The notes under the pieces are model-generated. The model saw nothing but the letters and a program-made list of their open reading frames with translations, did not search any database and was not told the DNA's origin. The position numbers were made by a program, and so were the translations under genes. Shown here one piece after another: positions 8,607-17,577 of a stretch of DNA of 64,000 bases; the stretch's first letter is position 1, and every line of letters begins with the position of its first letter. The DNA comes from an uncultured Lachnospiraceae bacterium (GTDB taxonomy: Bacteria; Bacillota; Clostridia; Oscillospirales; CAG-272). The stretch lies in assembly GCA_964413365.1 (NCBI GenBank), contig CAYPRM010000005.1, forward strand, positions 1,234 to 65,233, read 5' to 3'.

Positions 8607-9881
8607 ATGGTATTAACTAACGAACAGAAAGCCATACTTAACGGCGAGCGCGGCGAGGCTCTTGCCAAGGTAATGGAAACAGTCGTTCGCTACGGTGAGC
8701 TTTTCGGTGCTGAAAAGCTCGTGCCCGTAACGAGCAAGTACAATCACCTTGTAACGAGCTTTGGTCTTAAGATGATGAAGCCCGTATTCGACCTCATGCA
8801 GCAGCTCATAGATGCAGGCGTGGTGAGCGGTCAGCAGTTCTCTGTCGATCCCCGTCCGCTTGACAAGAATGTTCCCCAGAACCTTCTGCAGACATTGGTC
8901 TTTGATGCATTTATGTACTCAAAGCAGGATTTCTACGAAGGTCAGCTCAAGTCCCTCGGTATCATGAACGACAGCGCATACACCTGCGCGTGCTACCTTG
9001 ATCAGGTCGGCAACAAGCCCCAGAAGGGCGACGTTCTCTCGTGGGCAGAGTCAAGTGCGGTCGTTTATGCAAACTCCGTGCTCGGCGCAAGATGCAACCG
9101 TAACTCGGGTATCATTGATATCATGGGCTCGATCGTCGGATATGTTCCCTATTTCGGACTTCTCACCGACGATGGCAGACGTGCTACATGGGTGGTCGAG
9201 ATCAAGACTACAAAGAAGCCCGAGGCTCAGCTCCTCGGCTCGGCTATCGGCATGAAGGTCATGGAGGACGTTCCCTACATTAAAGGACTTGACAAGTGGC
9301 TCGGCACGGAGCTTGACGATGCGGCTTGCACGTATCTCAAGGATTTCGGCGCGGCTACGGCGTCCAACGGTGCTGTTGGACTTTATCACATCGACAATCT
9401 CACTCCCGACGCAAAGGAGCTCGGTGAGAGCCTCATCTGCGAGGGCGCTAAAACTTATGTGATCGACGACGCGGAGCTTCAGAGAGTTTACGACTCCTAC
9501 CCCGTGATCTGGAAGAACCCCAATGCAAAGCCCAAGCTCTGCTTCATGGGATGTCCTCACATGAGCCTTGAACAGCTCAAGTCATGGACGGTACGTCTTG
9601 AGGAGGCACTTGAGGCGGCAGGAAATGATAAGGTGGTAATACCCACGGTATTCACGAGTGCACCCGGCGTTATTGCAGAGTTCGAAAAGACCGAATACGC
9701 CGCTCGCCTCAAGAAAACGGGCGTTATCCTCTCCTATATATGCCCTCTTATGTATATGAACAATCCTCTCTGCGGAAAGATGCCCGTAATAACCTCGTCC
9801 AACAAGCTCCGTACATACACAACGGCGCGCTACTACACGGATGACGAGATCCTCGTACAGATAACGAAAGGGGGAAAGTAA
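8607..9881 (+). CDS. aconitase X (AcnX) catalytic/large subunit, DUF521 family
   Basis: Lies within ORF 8586..9881; ATG 8607 follows AAGGA. MVLTNEQKAILNGERGEALAKVMETVVRYGELFGAEKLVPV and ...CFMGCPHMSLEQL match my memory of PF04412 proteins. Confidence 0.75.
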   Translation: MVLTNEQKAILNGERGEALAKVMETVVRYGELFGAEKLVPVTSKYNHLVTSFGLKMMKPVFDLMQQLIDAGVVSGQQFSVDPRPLDKNVPQNLLQTLVFDAFMYSKQDFYEGQLKSLGIMNDSAYTCACYLDQVGNKPQKGDVLSWAESSAVVYANSVLGARCNRNSGIIDIMGSIVGYVPYFGLLTDDGRRATWVVEIKTTKKPEAQLLGSAIGMKVMEDVPYIKGLDKWLGTELDDAACTYLKDFGAATASNGAVGLYHIDNLTPDAKELGESLICEGAKTYVIDDAELQRVYDSYPVIWKNPNAKPKLCFMGCPHMSLEQLKSWTVRLEEALEAAGNDKVVIPTVFTSAPGVIAEFEKTEYAARLKKTGVILSYICPLMYMNNPLCGKMPVITSSNKLRTYTTARYYTDDEILVQITKGGK

Positions 9882-9882
9882 T

Positions 9883-10332
9883 ATGAAAACATTTAAGGGT
9901 AGAATAGTTGCCCCCGGCAACGTTACAGCGGAGGCTGTGGTATCCCACAACGGTCTGAACACGCTCGCCTCCTTCCAGAAGGCTCTGCAGTTCGGCGACA
10001 AGAAGGCTACCTGTGGCGACCAGAACAACCCCGATCTCTACAACAAGCAGATGGCAGGTAAGGCGCTCTGCCTTCCTCAGACCATTGGCTCGACGACGGG
10101 CGGACTCGTTCTCTACTGCGCATGCGCTATGGGACGTCAGCCTGCGGCTATGCTCTTCTCCATGCCCATCGACTCCCTCGCGGGTGCGGGCGTTATCCTC
10201 GCCGACGTTTGGCTCAAGGATGAGAAGGCGCACATGGCAGTTGTCGACTCCCTTGGCGATGAGTTCCTGAATTACGTTAAGGACGGAATGTCTATAACCG
10301 TTAAAGAGGACGGAACGGTCGAGGTTGGATAA
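9883..10332 (+). CDS. aconitase X swivel/small subunit, DUF126 family
   Basis: GRIVAPGNVTAEAVVS...GKALCLPQTIGSTTGGLVLY...GRQPAAMLF fits the PF01989 pattern. The start lies 2 nt after the upstream stop. Confidence 0.7.
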   Translation: MKTFKGRIVAPGNVTAEAVVSHNGLNTLASFQKALQFGDKKATCGDQNNPDLYNKQMAGKALCLPQTIGSTTGGLVLYCACAMGRQPAAMLFSMPIDSLAGAGVILADVWLKDEKAHMAVVDSLGDEFLNYVKDGMSITVKEDGTVEVG

Positions 10333-10345
10333 TCACAAAAATTTA

Positions 10346-10375
10346 GGGCTGAGTCAAAGCTCAGCCCTATTTTTG
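10346..10375 (+). terminator. intrinsic terminator of the reductase/AcnX operon
   Basis: GGGCTGAG-TCAAAG-CTCAGCCC followed by TATTTTTG. Confidence 0.75.
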
Positions 10376-10482
10376 TTTAGTTCAATTTTGTCATATATAT
10401 ATCATATAAGATGTATAAACTTTAAGATTATTGGGAGTTTTTAGATGCATTGTTTGCAAGATCAAGAAATTTTGTGAAAATA

Positions 10483-10511
10483 TTGACCTTTACTTGAACA
10501 AGTGATATAAT
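10483..10511 (+). promoter_or_regulatory. orphan near-consensus sigma-A promoter
   Basis: TTGACC (10483-10488), 17-nt spacer, TGaTATAAT (TATAAT at 10506-10511). No ORF lies downstream. Confidence 0.5.
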
Positions 10512-10524
10512 ATAGACATTAGAA

Positions 10525-10557
10525 ATGGCATCCTATATGATAAGGATGCCATTTTTT
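10525..10557 (+). terminator. 10-bp hairpin plus T5, about 7 nt downstream of the predicted TSS of the orphan promoter
   Basis: ATGGCATCCT-ATATGATA-AGGATGCCAT then TTTTT. Confidence 0.6.
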
Positions 10558-10570
10558 ATAATGTAAAAGG

Positions 10571-10600
10571 CACAAAAAGTGCGAGCCGTGTAGCTCGCAC
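10571..10600 (-). terminator. spoVT terminator
   Basis: Minus strand reads GTGCGAGC-TACACG-GCTCGCAC then TTTTTGTG, 6 nt after the spoVT stop. Confidence 0.7.
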
Positions 10601-10605
10601 TATAT

Positions 10606-11160
10606 TCATTCCTCAAGCTGTCTGCCGAGGAAGCCTGCGGCGGTGCTTATGAGTCTGTTCTCCGTCTCCTGTCCGAGGTTGTTTTTGCCGTAGCCGTCGA
10701 GGGCCTTGAGCGATGCCACACACCCGATAACGTCGCCGGAGCTGACTATCGGCATAGCACAGCTGACGTAATGTGCGTAGCCCTCGCCGATGGGCATTAT
10801 CCTCTCCTCACCCTCTCGGTGGAGGAATATGCTCCTTCCCTCCATCACCCTCTCAAGATCCTGCGAGAGGGGCTTCTCCAGATATTCCTTTCGCGGAACG
10901 CCTGCACACGCGATCACCTCGTCCCTGTCGCAGATCAGCACCTCCATCTCGCAGACCTTATGCAGTGTATCGGCGTACTGTGAGGCAAAGCCCGTCAGCT
11001 CGCCTATCGGGGAATATTTCTTGAATATTACCTCGCCCTCTCTGTCGGTGTATATCTCGAGAGGATCGCCCTCGCGTATGCGCATCGTCCGCCTTATCTC
11101 CTTCGGTATGACCACGCGCCCGAGGTCGTCGATGCGGCGGACTATTCCCGTTGCTTTCAT
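10606..11160 (-). CDS. spoVT: stage V sporulation protein T (AbrB-fold N-terminus plus GAF-like C-terminus)
   Basis: MKATGIVRRIDDLGRVVIPKEIRRTMRIREGDPLEIY...; ATG 11160 within ORF 10606..11187. Confidence 0.9.
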   Translation of the reverse strand: MKATGIVRRIDDLGRVVIPKEIRRTMRIREGDPLEIYTDREGEVIFKKYSPIGELTGFASQYADTLHKVCEMEVLICDRDEVIACAGVPRKEYLEKPLSQDLERVMEGRSIFLHREGEERIMPIGEGYAHYVSCAMPIVSSGDVIGCVASLKALDGYGKNNLGQETENRLISTAAGFLGRQLEE

Positions 11161-11213
11161 ATATATTTCTCCTTTATTCTTTATCAAGATATTAAGATCA
11201 GATCTTCAGGCAT

Positions 11214-11243
11214 TAGTATCTGTAAGAATGGAGAAAATTATGC
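11214..11243 (-). promoter_or_regulatory. possible forespore (sigma-G/F-type) promoter of spoVT
   Basis: Minus strand reads GCATA, 18 nt, GATACTA, against the consensus GnATA-N17/18-CATnnTA. spoVT is sigma-G dependent in B. subtilis. Confidence 0.3.
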
Positions 11244-11328
11244 CTTTTTTCGGCATTTGAATTTCAAAAATTCGCATTTTACGGAGATTTTCGGCAAAAA
11301 CGAGTCATATCGCAGTAATATATCATAT

Positions 11329-11367
11329 TAAAAAATCGACTCCCATAGTGGGAGTCGATCAATTTTT
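11329..11367 (-). terminator. terminator after the ABC ATPase gene (bidirectional shape)
   Basis: ATCGACTCCCA-TAG-TGGGAGTCGAT flanked by A6 and T5. Confidence 0.7.
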
Positions 11368-11373
11368 GTTTTA

Positions 11374-12606
11374 TTATTTTCTGATGGTCGTCTGCGTTTC
11401 CTTACCGAAGATATGCACTGCGTCGAGGTCGAGGTCGAAATAGACCTTATCTCCACGTGTGGGGTTGCGCTTTACCTTTACGCTTGCGGTGATCGCTGTG
11501 GGCGATGCATCGAGAGTGGTCTCGCCGTACTCGTCAAGGTTTGCATAGACGATGGTCTCATTACCGAGAGCCTCGATGACCTCTACTATGCACTCAACGC
11601 TCGAGCCCTCAACGTATGTATCGGAGAGCTTTATATCTCCGGGACGTATACCGAGGACGATATCAAGTCCGTCGCCGATCTTATCTACATCAAACTTAGC
11701 GAGCACGTCAGCAGGAAGCTTGACAGTCTTATCATTTGCGAATACGATCCTGCCGTCGCGAGTGATATGTCCGTCAAAGAAATTCATCTGAGGTGTGCCG
11801 ATGAAGCCTGCAACAAATGTATTTACGGGATGATCGTAGAGCTCCTGCGGAGCACCGATCTGCTGAATAAAGCCGTCCTTCATTACGACGATACGTGTAC
11901 CCATGGTCATAGCCTCGACCTGATCGTGTGTAACGTAGATGAACGTTGCGCCGAGCTTATCGTGAAGCTTGATTATCTCACTTCTCATTGCCGCTCTGAG
12001 CTTTGCATCGAGGTTCGAGAGGGGCTCATCGAGCAGGAACACCTTGGGGTTTCTGACGATGGTTCTACCGAGTGCGACTCTCTGACGCTGACCGCCCGAG
12101 AGAGCCTTCGGCTTTCTTCCAAGGTACTCCTCGATACCGAGTATCCTTGACGCCTCCATTACCTTATCGTCGATCTCACTCTTAGTGAGCTTTCTCATTA
12201 TGGGGATCTCCTCGCCCACCTCGTTGAGAATGGGCTCGCCGCTCTTATCTCTCTTGACATCGGGCACCTTACGGAGTTTAAGACCGAACGCCATATTATC
12301 GTAAACGGTCATGTGGGGATAGAGTGCATAGTTCTGGAACACCATTGCGATATCCCTATCCTTGGGCTCAACATCATTGACAAGTGTATCATCAATGTAG
12401 ATCTCGCCGTCGCTGATCTCCTCAAGACCTGCGATCATACGAAGCGTTGTGGATTTACCACAGCCCGACGGTCCTACGAACACGATGAATTCCTTGTCCT
12501 GAATTTCCATACAGAAATCCGATACTGCAGGTCTCGGCTCTTCACCCTTTTTGAGTGCCTGATTCTCATAGACCTTGTACACGTGCTTAAGTGTTACGGT
12601 TGACAT
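11374..12606 (-). CDS. stand-alone sugar ABC transporter ATP-binding protein (MalK/MsmK/MsmX type)
   Basis: ATG 12606 (MSTVTLKHVYKVY...) follows GGAGA; the longer ORF version would run through its own promoter. Walker A GPSGCGKST, signature LSGGQRQR, and a MalK-like C-terminal regulatory domain are present. Confidence 0.85.
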   Translation of the reverse strand: MSTVTLKHVYKVYENQALKKGEEPRPAVSDFCMEIQDKEFIVFVGPSGCGKSTTLRMIAGLEEISDGEIYIDDTLVNDVEPKDRDIAMVFQNYALYPHMTVYDNMAFGLKLRKVPDVKRDKSGEPILNEVGEEIPIMRKLTKSEIDDKVMEASRILGIEEYLGRKPKALSGGQRQRVALGRTIVRNPKVFLLDEPLSNLDAKLRAAMRSEIIKLHDKLGATFIYVTHDQVEAMTMGTRIVVMKDGFIQQIGAPQELYDHPVNTFVAGFIGTPQMNFFDGHITRDGRIVFANDKTVKLPADVLAKFDVDKIGDGLDIVLGIRPGDIKLSDTYVEGSSVECIVEVIEALGNETIVYANLDEYGETTLDASPTAITASVKVKRNPTRGDKVYFDLDLDAVHIFGKETQTTIRK

Positions 12607-12700
12607 ATTAAATTTTCTCCTTCTGCCGCGTTCTCTCGGTCGCTGATTCCGTGGCGAAATTACTGCCACAGCGATTTTCCTCAAACGCAATGCTACGCTT

Positions 12701-12729
12701 ATTATACATCTTTTTTTCCTCTCTGTCAA
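12701..12729 (-). promoter_or_regulatory. consensus sigma-A promoter for the ABC ATPase gene
   Basis: Minus strand reads TTGACA, 17 nt, TATAAT exactly. This leaves a leader of about 88 nt. Confidence 0.6.
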
Positions 12730-12813
12730 CGACGTTTTGCCATTTTTCGGTTAATTTGATGGGTGAGAACAAAATTTCGTCGTTTTTCACAATTTTCATC
12801 ACCTGATTTTATA

Positions 12814-12846
12814 CAAAAAAGCCTCACGGTGTGAGGCTTTTCTTTT
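12814..12846 (-). terminator. terminator after the Clp ATPase gene
   Basis: GCCTCAC-GGT-GTGAGGC flanked by A6 and a T-rich run. Confidence 0.65.
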
Positions 12847-12859
12847 GTGTTTTGGGGTT

Positions 12860-15187
12860 TTACATTGCGTCGACCTTGATCTCTCCGTCCTTTATGTCAA
12901 GAGAAATTATAGAGATGGTCCTATCATAATCGGCGATGACACGCTCGGCGATGGCGTCCTCGATATGAGTCTGGATATATCTTCTCATATTTCTTGCTCC
13001 GAATTTTGCGGAATAGGAGCTCTGTGCGACGAAGGTGAGCGTTTCGGGGGTATATTTTAGCTCGATGCCCTTTTCGCCGAGAGCCTGTGCAAGCTCGCAG
13101 AGCATGATATCCGCGATGCCCTCAAAATCCTTTCTTGTGAGCGAGTTAAAAGTGATTATCTCATCTACGCGGTTGATAAATTCGGGGCGCAGGAAGTCCT
13201 CGAGTGCCTTCATGGTGCGTGCCTCGTTCATCGAGGTATCCTCGGAGGCAAAGCCTGCCTTGCCAGAGCCGCCCGACGAGCCTGCGTTGGTCGTCATGAC
13301 GAGGACGGTATTTTCGAAGTTTATAGTTCTTCCCTGTGCGTCCGTTACCCTACCGTCATCAAGTATCTGAAGGAGGACATTGAGCACGTCGGGATGCGCC
13401 TTCTCTATCTCGTCAAAGAGTATGACGGAATACGGTCTGCGGCGGATCTTCTCGGTGAGCTGACCTGCCTCGTCGTAGCCGACGTATCCAGGAGGCGCTC
13501 CGATTATCTTGGAGACGGAGTGCTTCTCCATAAATTCCGACATATCGAGGCGTATGAGCGTCTCGGGCGAGTGGAAGAGGTCGTTTGCAAGCTGTTTTAC
13601 GAGCTCCGTTTTGCCTACGCCCGTGGGGCCTGCGAATATGAACGAGACGGGCTTTCTCTTATAGGATATGCCTGCTCTGTTTCTCTTTATTGCACGGCAG
13701 ATCGAGCTTACCGCTCTATCCTGTCCGATTATATGTGTTTTGAGCCTTTCCTCGAGCCTATCTATCTGCTCGTACTCATTTGCGCTGACGGTGAGTGCAG
13801 GAACGCCCGTCCAGACCTCCACGACCTCTGCAAGCTCCGCTTCGGTAAGGGTTATGCTCTCGTTCGCACCGTCGACCTCGGCAAGCTCCGTCGAGAGCTT
13901 GAGCTCGTTCGATTTGAGCTTAGCGATCCTCTCGTAAGCGTCCGCATTATCGGGGGAGTCGGGGGGTGTTGCCTCAAGCTCCTCCCTCTCCTTCTTTATA
14001 TTAAGAAGCTCCTCACGTATCTCAAGGCTCCTTCCTATGCCTGCGCTGCTCAGTGAAAGCTCTGCTGCCGCCTCGTCGAGCAGGTCTATCGCCTTATCGG
14101 GCAGATATCTGTCCGTGATGTACCTCTCGGAGAGGACTACTGCGCGTCTGAGTATGCTATCGGGAATCTTTATTGAATGGAATTCCTCGTAGTAATGCTT
14201 TATTCCCCTGAGCATCTCGACGGTCTCCTCAAGGGAGGGCTCCTCGACTCTCACGGGCTGGAAGCGACGCTCGAGGGCGGAATCCTTTTCGATATATTTA
14301 CGGTATTCATTGAGAGTGGTAGCGCCGATGACCTGTATCTCTCCACGGGAGAGTGCGGGCTTGAGCATATTTGCGGTGCTGACGCTTCCCTCGCTATTGC
14401 CTGCGCCGACGATATTATGCACCTCGTCGATAACGAGTATGATATTGCCGTCCTCCTTGACCTCACGAAGAAGTCCGAGAAGTCTGCTCTCGTACTGACC
14501 TCTAAACTGCGTTCCTGCGACAAGTGCAGTGAGGTCGAGCAGGTGGAGCTCCTTATTTTTGAGCTTATAGGGTACGTCGCCTCTGACGATCCTCTGTGCG
14601 AGTGCCTCCGCTATTGCGGTCTTACCAACGCCAGGCTCGCCTATGAGGCAGGGGTTATTCTTTTGGCGTCTTGAGAGTATCTGAATGACACGTGCGAGCT
14701 CTCTTTCCCTGCCCACTATCGCATCAAGTTTGCCCTCTCTCGCCTCTCTGTTGAGGTCCTTGCAGTAGGTATCAAGGTACTTTCTCTTCTTATCCTTCTG
14801 CTTTTCCTCGCCCTGTCCTCTTGCGCCTGCGCCCTCTACATTGGGCTTATTCTCAGGCTTTGAGGAATTATTAAAAAGCTTCTGCAGGTCGATGGCGGGT
14901 GCGCGTGCCTCGTCGTCGCCGTCGCCGTCGCTGTCGTCCTCGTCGTCCATCATTGTAGGAAGGTCTCCGCCCTCCTCCATAAGTTTTGCGACCTCGTCCT
15001 CCATTCCTGCAAGGTCTTCGCCGTTTATTCCTAACTTATTCATCATATCGCCAAGCATATTATCGAGCGGAAGTCCGAGCTCCTTAGCGCAGGAGATGCA
15101 AACGCCCTCATTCGTCTTTTCGCCGTTCTCAAGCTTGGTTATAAAAACGACTGCCATCCTCTTATGGCATCTTGAGCACATGATCAT
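12860..15187 (-). CDS. ClpA/ClpC-family double-AAA+ unfoldase with N-terminal zinc-ribbon instead of a Clp_N domain
   Basis: N-terminus CSRCHK...(22)...CISCAKELG, acidic linker [14 protein letters not shown]1 [13 protein letters not shown]2 [12 protein letters not shown], and a candidate ClpP-docking loop GKAGFAS. Confidence 0.85.
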   Translation of the reverse strand: MIMCSRCHKRMAVVFITKLENGEKTNEGVCISCAKELGLPLDNMLGDMMNKLGINGEDLAGMEDEVAKLMEEGGDLPTMMDDEDDSDGDGDDEARAPAIDLQKLFNNSSKPENKPNVEGAGARGQGEEKQKDKKRKYLDTYCKDLNREAREGKLDAIVGRERELARVIQILSRRQKNNPCLIGEPGVGKTAIAEALAQRIVRGDVPYKLKNKELHLLDLTALVAGTQFRGQYESRLLGLLREVKEDGNIILVIDEVHNIVGAGNSEGSVSTANMLKPALSRGEIQVIGATTLNEYRKYIEKDSALERRFQPVRVEEPSLEETVEMLRGIKHYYEEFHSIKIPDSILRRAVVLSERYITDRYLPDKAIDLLDEAAAELSLSSAGIGRSLEIREELLNIKKEREELEATPPDSPDNADAYERIAKLKSNELKLSTELAEVDGANESITLTEAELAEVVEVWTGVPALTVSANEYEQIDRLEERLKTHIIGQDRAVSSICRAIKRNRAGISYKRKPVSFIFAGPTGVGKTELVKQLANDLFHSPETLIRLDMSEFMEKHSVSKIIGAPPGYVGYDEAGQLTEKIRRRPYSVILFDEIEKAHPDVLNVLLQILDDGRVTDAQGRTINFENTVLVMTTNAGSSGGSGKAGFASEDTSMNEARTMKALEDFLRPEFINRVDEIITFNSLTRKDFEGIADIMLCELAQALGEKGIELKYTPETLTFVAQSSYSAKFGARNMRRYIQTHIEDAIAERVIADYDRTISIISLDIKDGEIKVDAM

Positions 15188-15233
15188 ATCTGTAATACCT
15201 CCTTGGGTAGTATATCCTTTATTTATATTGATC

Positions 15234-15902
15234 TTATCTTGTGAAAAGTCCTATTTTATAGATCAGTCTTGTTATCAGCGTGCCCTCCACAAGATCTGCA
15301 CCGAGCACGAGCATCGCAAGGCACGCAAGCGCGCTCAGGTAGAAGTACGCATCGAACGCTCCGAGCACAAAGCCGAGCGCTTTATTGATCCCGTTGAGGA
15401 CGGGAAGCCTGAAGATCTTATCGAGCACCCACACTCCGACCGTGCAGAGCAGGAATGTGATCACGAACACCGCGACATAGGAGGCGATGCTCGAAATGAC
15501 ATCTATGAGCTTATCCTCCATTCTCTTGCCGACCTCACGTGCCGCCTCGACGCCCTCTGCCTCGGTCTGCTCAAAATATTTTCTGACGGTATCCGTCGGA
15601 ATGAGCTTTGAGAAGGGCTCGGGGACGCTGCTTATCATACTGTCAACGTCAAGCTGCTCACCGCTCTCCTCGGCTCTTTGTACGAGTGCGGAGGATATTT
15701 TTCCGTCGATCATATCCGAGACGAAAAGATCTCTGCAAAATCCTGTAAGACTCGAGCCGAGAAGGATCGTTACGAGCACGACGATAATCATTCGTGTGCC
15801 TGCAAAAAAGCTCTTTATAAATCCGCGCTTGACGGTGATGCAGATAACGAGCACCGCAACCGCGACCATAACAAGGTCAGCAATGATCTGATATACGTTC
15901 AT
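15234..15902 (-). CDS. cvpA: CvpA-family membrane protein
   Basis: MNVYQIIADLVMVAVAVLVICITVKRGFIKSFF...; GGAGG upstream of ATG 15902; multi-pass hydrophobic protein. Confidence 0.8.
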   Translation of the reverse strand: MNVYQIIADLVMVAVAVLVICITVKRGFIKSFFAGTRMIIVVLVTILLGSSLTGFCRDLFVSDMIDGKISSALVQRAEESGEQLDVDSMISSVPEPFSKLIPTDTVRKYFEQTEAEGVEAAREVGKRMEDKLIDVISSIASYVAVFVITFLLCTVGVWVLDKIFRLPVLNGINKALGFVLGAFDAYFYLSALACLAMLVLGADLVEGTLITRLIYKIGLFTR

Positions 15903-15977
15903 AATTATACCTCCACTCACACGTTTATCTTTCCCACAAGAGTGGGAATATATTTTTATTTCACACTTTTTACCGCC

Positions 15978-16736
15978 TCAGTAAACCACCTTATTCAGGT
16001 AGAGTCCGCAAGCAGGTACGGTAGGCCCTGCGCCCGAGCGCTCGCCTCTCGCTATTATCCCGTCGATATCCGAGGGCTCAAGCCTGCCCGATCCGACAAG
16101 AAGGAGCGTTCCCGTCATTATACGCACCATATTATACAGAAATCCGTCAGCGGCGACCTTGAATATCACCGTATCGCCCTCACGCTCGACGGAGGCGTAC
16201 ATAACGGTCCTCTGTGTATCGACTATCCTTGAACCACTCGCCATAAATGCCGAAAAATCGTGCGTGCCGCAAAGGTGCTGTGCGGCGGCGTTCATTCTCT
16301 CCACATCCGCCTCGCTATAATGCGTGGGAACGTAGTATGCTCTATCGGCAAGGAAGGGATCCCTCACCTCTGAGTTAAGTATCTTATATATGTATTCCTT
16401 ATATTTCACGTCATATCTCGGGTGGAAGCTATCCTCGACCTCACAAGCGGAGAGAACGGCGATATCCGAGGGCAGGACGGAATTATATGCCACGGGCACG
16501 CTCTGCATGGGAATGGTACAATTAAGAGTTCCCTTACCTCTCTCGGATATGCAGGCGAAAAATTCATTTGCGTGCACTCCGCTATCGGTACGGGAGCAGC
16601 CCACGACGTCGCACTCAAAGCCAAAGAGCCTTGCGGACGCCTCATTGAGCGCGCGCTGTACCGTCGGAACGTCCGACTGCACCTGATAGCCGTTATAGCC
16701 CGTGCCGAGAAAGCTTATTTTGAGCAAAAGCTTCAT
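15978..16736 (-). CDS. truA: tRNA pseudouridine(38-40) synthase TruA
   Basis: ISFLGTGYNGYQVQ...GCSRTDSGVHA...FLYNMVR; conserved position after ecfT. Confidence 0.9.
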   Translation of the reverse strand: MKLLLKISFLGTGYNGYQVQSDVPTVQRALNEASARLFGFECDVVGCSRTDSGVHANEFFACISERGKGTLNCTIPMQSVPVAYNSVLPSDIAVLSACEVEDSFHPRYDVKYKEYIYKILNSEVRDPFLADRAYYVPTHYSEADVERMNAAAQHLCGTHDFSAFMASGSRIVDTQRTVMYASVEREGDTVIFKVAADGFLYNMVRIMTGTLLLVGSGRLEPSDIDGIIARGERSGAGPTVPACGLYLNKVVY

Positions 16737-16752
16737 ATCGTTACCTCACATA

Positions 16753-17577
16753 TCAAAATGGCAATATTGCCGAGCCGAGTGTATCGACTGCGAGGATCAG
16801 AACGACAAATCCTGCGAAGCTCACAAGGCAGATGATATCATCCACACCGAATTTGAGCACCTTCATTCTCGTTCTTCCGACTCCGCCACGGTAGCAACGG
16901 CATTCCATTGCGGTCGCGAGGTCGAGCGCGTGTCTTATCGACGAGGAAAAGAGCGGTATGAGTATCGGTATGAGCGCCTTGGCACGCTGTATGAGTCCGC
17001 CGCTTGAGAAATCCGCGCCCCTTGCCTTTTGCGCACTCATTATTTTCTCCGCCTCCTCCATAAGTGTGGGGATGAAGCGCAGGGCGATGGTCATTATCAT
17101 CGCAAAATCGTGCACGGGCAGACCGAGCTTTTTCAGGGGGTAGAGCAGCTGCTCGAGTCCGTCGGTGAGCGCTATGGGCGTTGTGGTATATGTGAGCAAT
17201 ATGCTCGTGCCTATGACGAGGACAAAAATCCTCGAGACGAGCAGGAGTGCATTTGCGATGCCCTCCGCATATATCTGCACAAATCCGAGCGAGATCAGAG
17301 GCTCGCCCTCGCCCGTTGACCAGAAAAGATTGACTATCGCGGTAAAGGCGATTATGAACATTACAGGTCTTACGGATCTCAACACGATCGTAACGGGTAT
17401 GTGCGAGATGAGCACGAGAACGATGGCGGATATCAGCATAAGTGCCATCGAGAGCGCGTTATCGCACAGAAATACCGCGATTATATACACGATCGCCGCT
17501 ATTATCTTCATCCTCGGATCGAGTGCATGTATTGGTGATGGGACAGAATAATACTGTCCGAGTGAGATGCTTTTCAT
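16753..17577 (-). CDS. ecfT: energy-coupling factor transporter transmembrane component EcfT
   Basis: Multi-pass protein with ...IALRFIPTLMEEAEKIMSAQKARG..., third gene of the ecfA1A2T cluster. Confidence 0.9.
   Translation of the reverse strand: MKSISLGQYYSVPSPIHALDPRMKIIAAIVYIIAVFLCDNALSMALMLISAIVLVLISHIPVTIVLRSVRPVMFIIAFTAIVNLFWSTGEGEPLISLGFVQIYAEGIANALLLVSRIFVLVIGTSILLTYTTTPIALTDGLEQLLYPLKKLGLPVHDFAMIMTIALRFIPTLMEEAEKIMSAQKARGADFSSGGLIQRAKALIPILIPLFSSSIRHALDLATAMECRCYRGGVGRTRMKVLKFGVDDIICLVSFAGFVVLILAVDTLGSAILPF

Noticed and set aside
6974-8668. 564-aa minus-strand ORF covering the reductase gene. The same phenomenon occurs at 5092..5934, 11413..12150, 42300..43505, 54269..55276, 55821..56936 and 61994..62725.
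   Set aside because: These are antisense shadow ORFs of strongly supported genes in GC-rich coding DNA. They have odd compositions (Arg/Cys/His/Leu-rich), no RBS and no recognisable motifs.
10433-10476. 10-codon mini-ORF (MHCLQDQEIL) with a GGGAG upstream in the AT-rich spacer.
   Set aside because: It is too short to support without conservation or ribosome data, and it may be chance in AT-rich DNA.
12607-12694. The roughly 88-nt leader of the stand-alone MsmK-type ATPase as a riboswitch.
   Set aside because: It contains only one short stem (GTGGC...GCCAC) and matches no riboswitch core I know.
12607-12729. The N-terminal 41-aa extension of the ABC ATPase ORF. Similar over-long starts occur at 3156, 11187, 15920, 20777, 33385, 35416, 37395, 52524, 53954, 55219, 55864 and 62248.
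   Set aside because: The extensions run through promoters, RBSs or upstream genes. Internal ATGs with proper Shine-Dalgarno spacing give N-termini typical of the families.
15935-15965. Hairpin TTCCCAC-AAGA-GTGGGAA followed by a T-rich run on the + strand, between two minus-strand genes.
   Set aside because: It is oriented as a + strand terminator where no + strand gene exists. It could damp antisense transcription, but the evidence is too thin to call.
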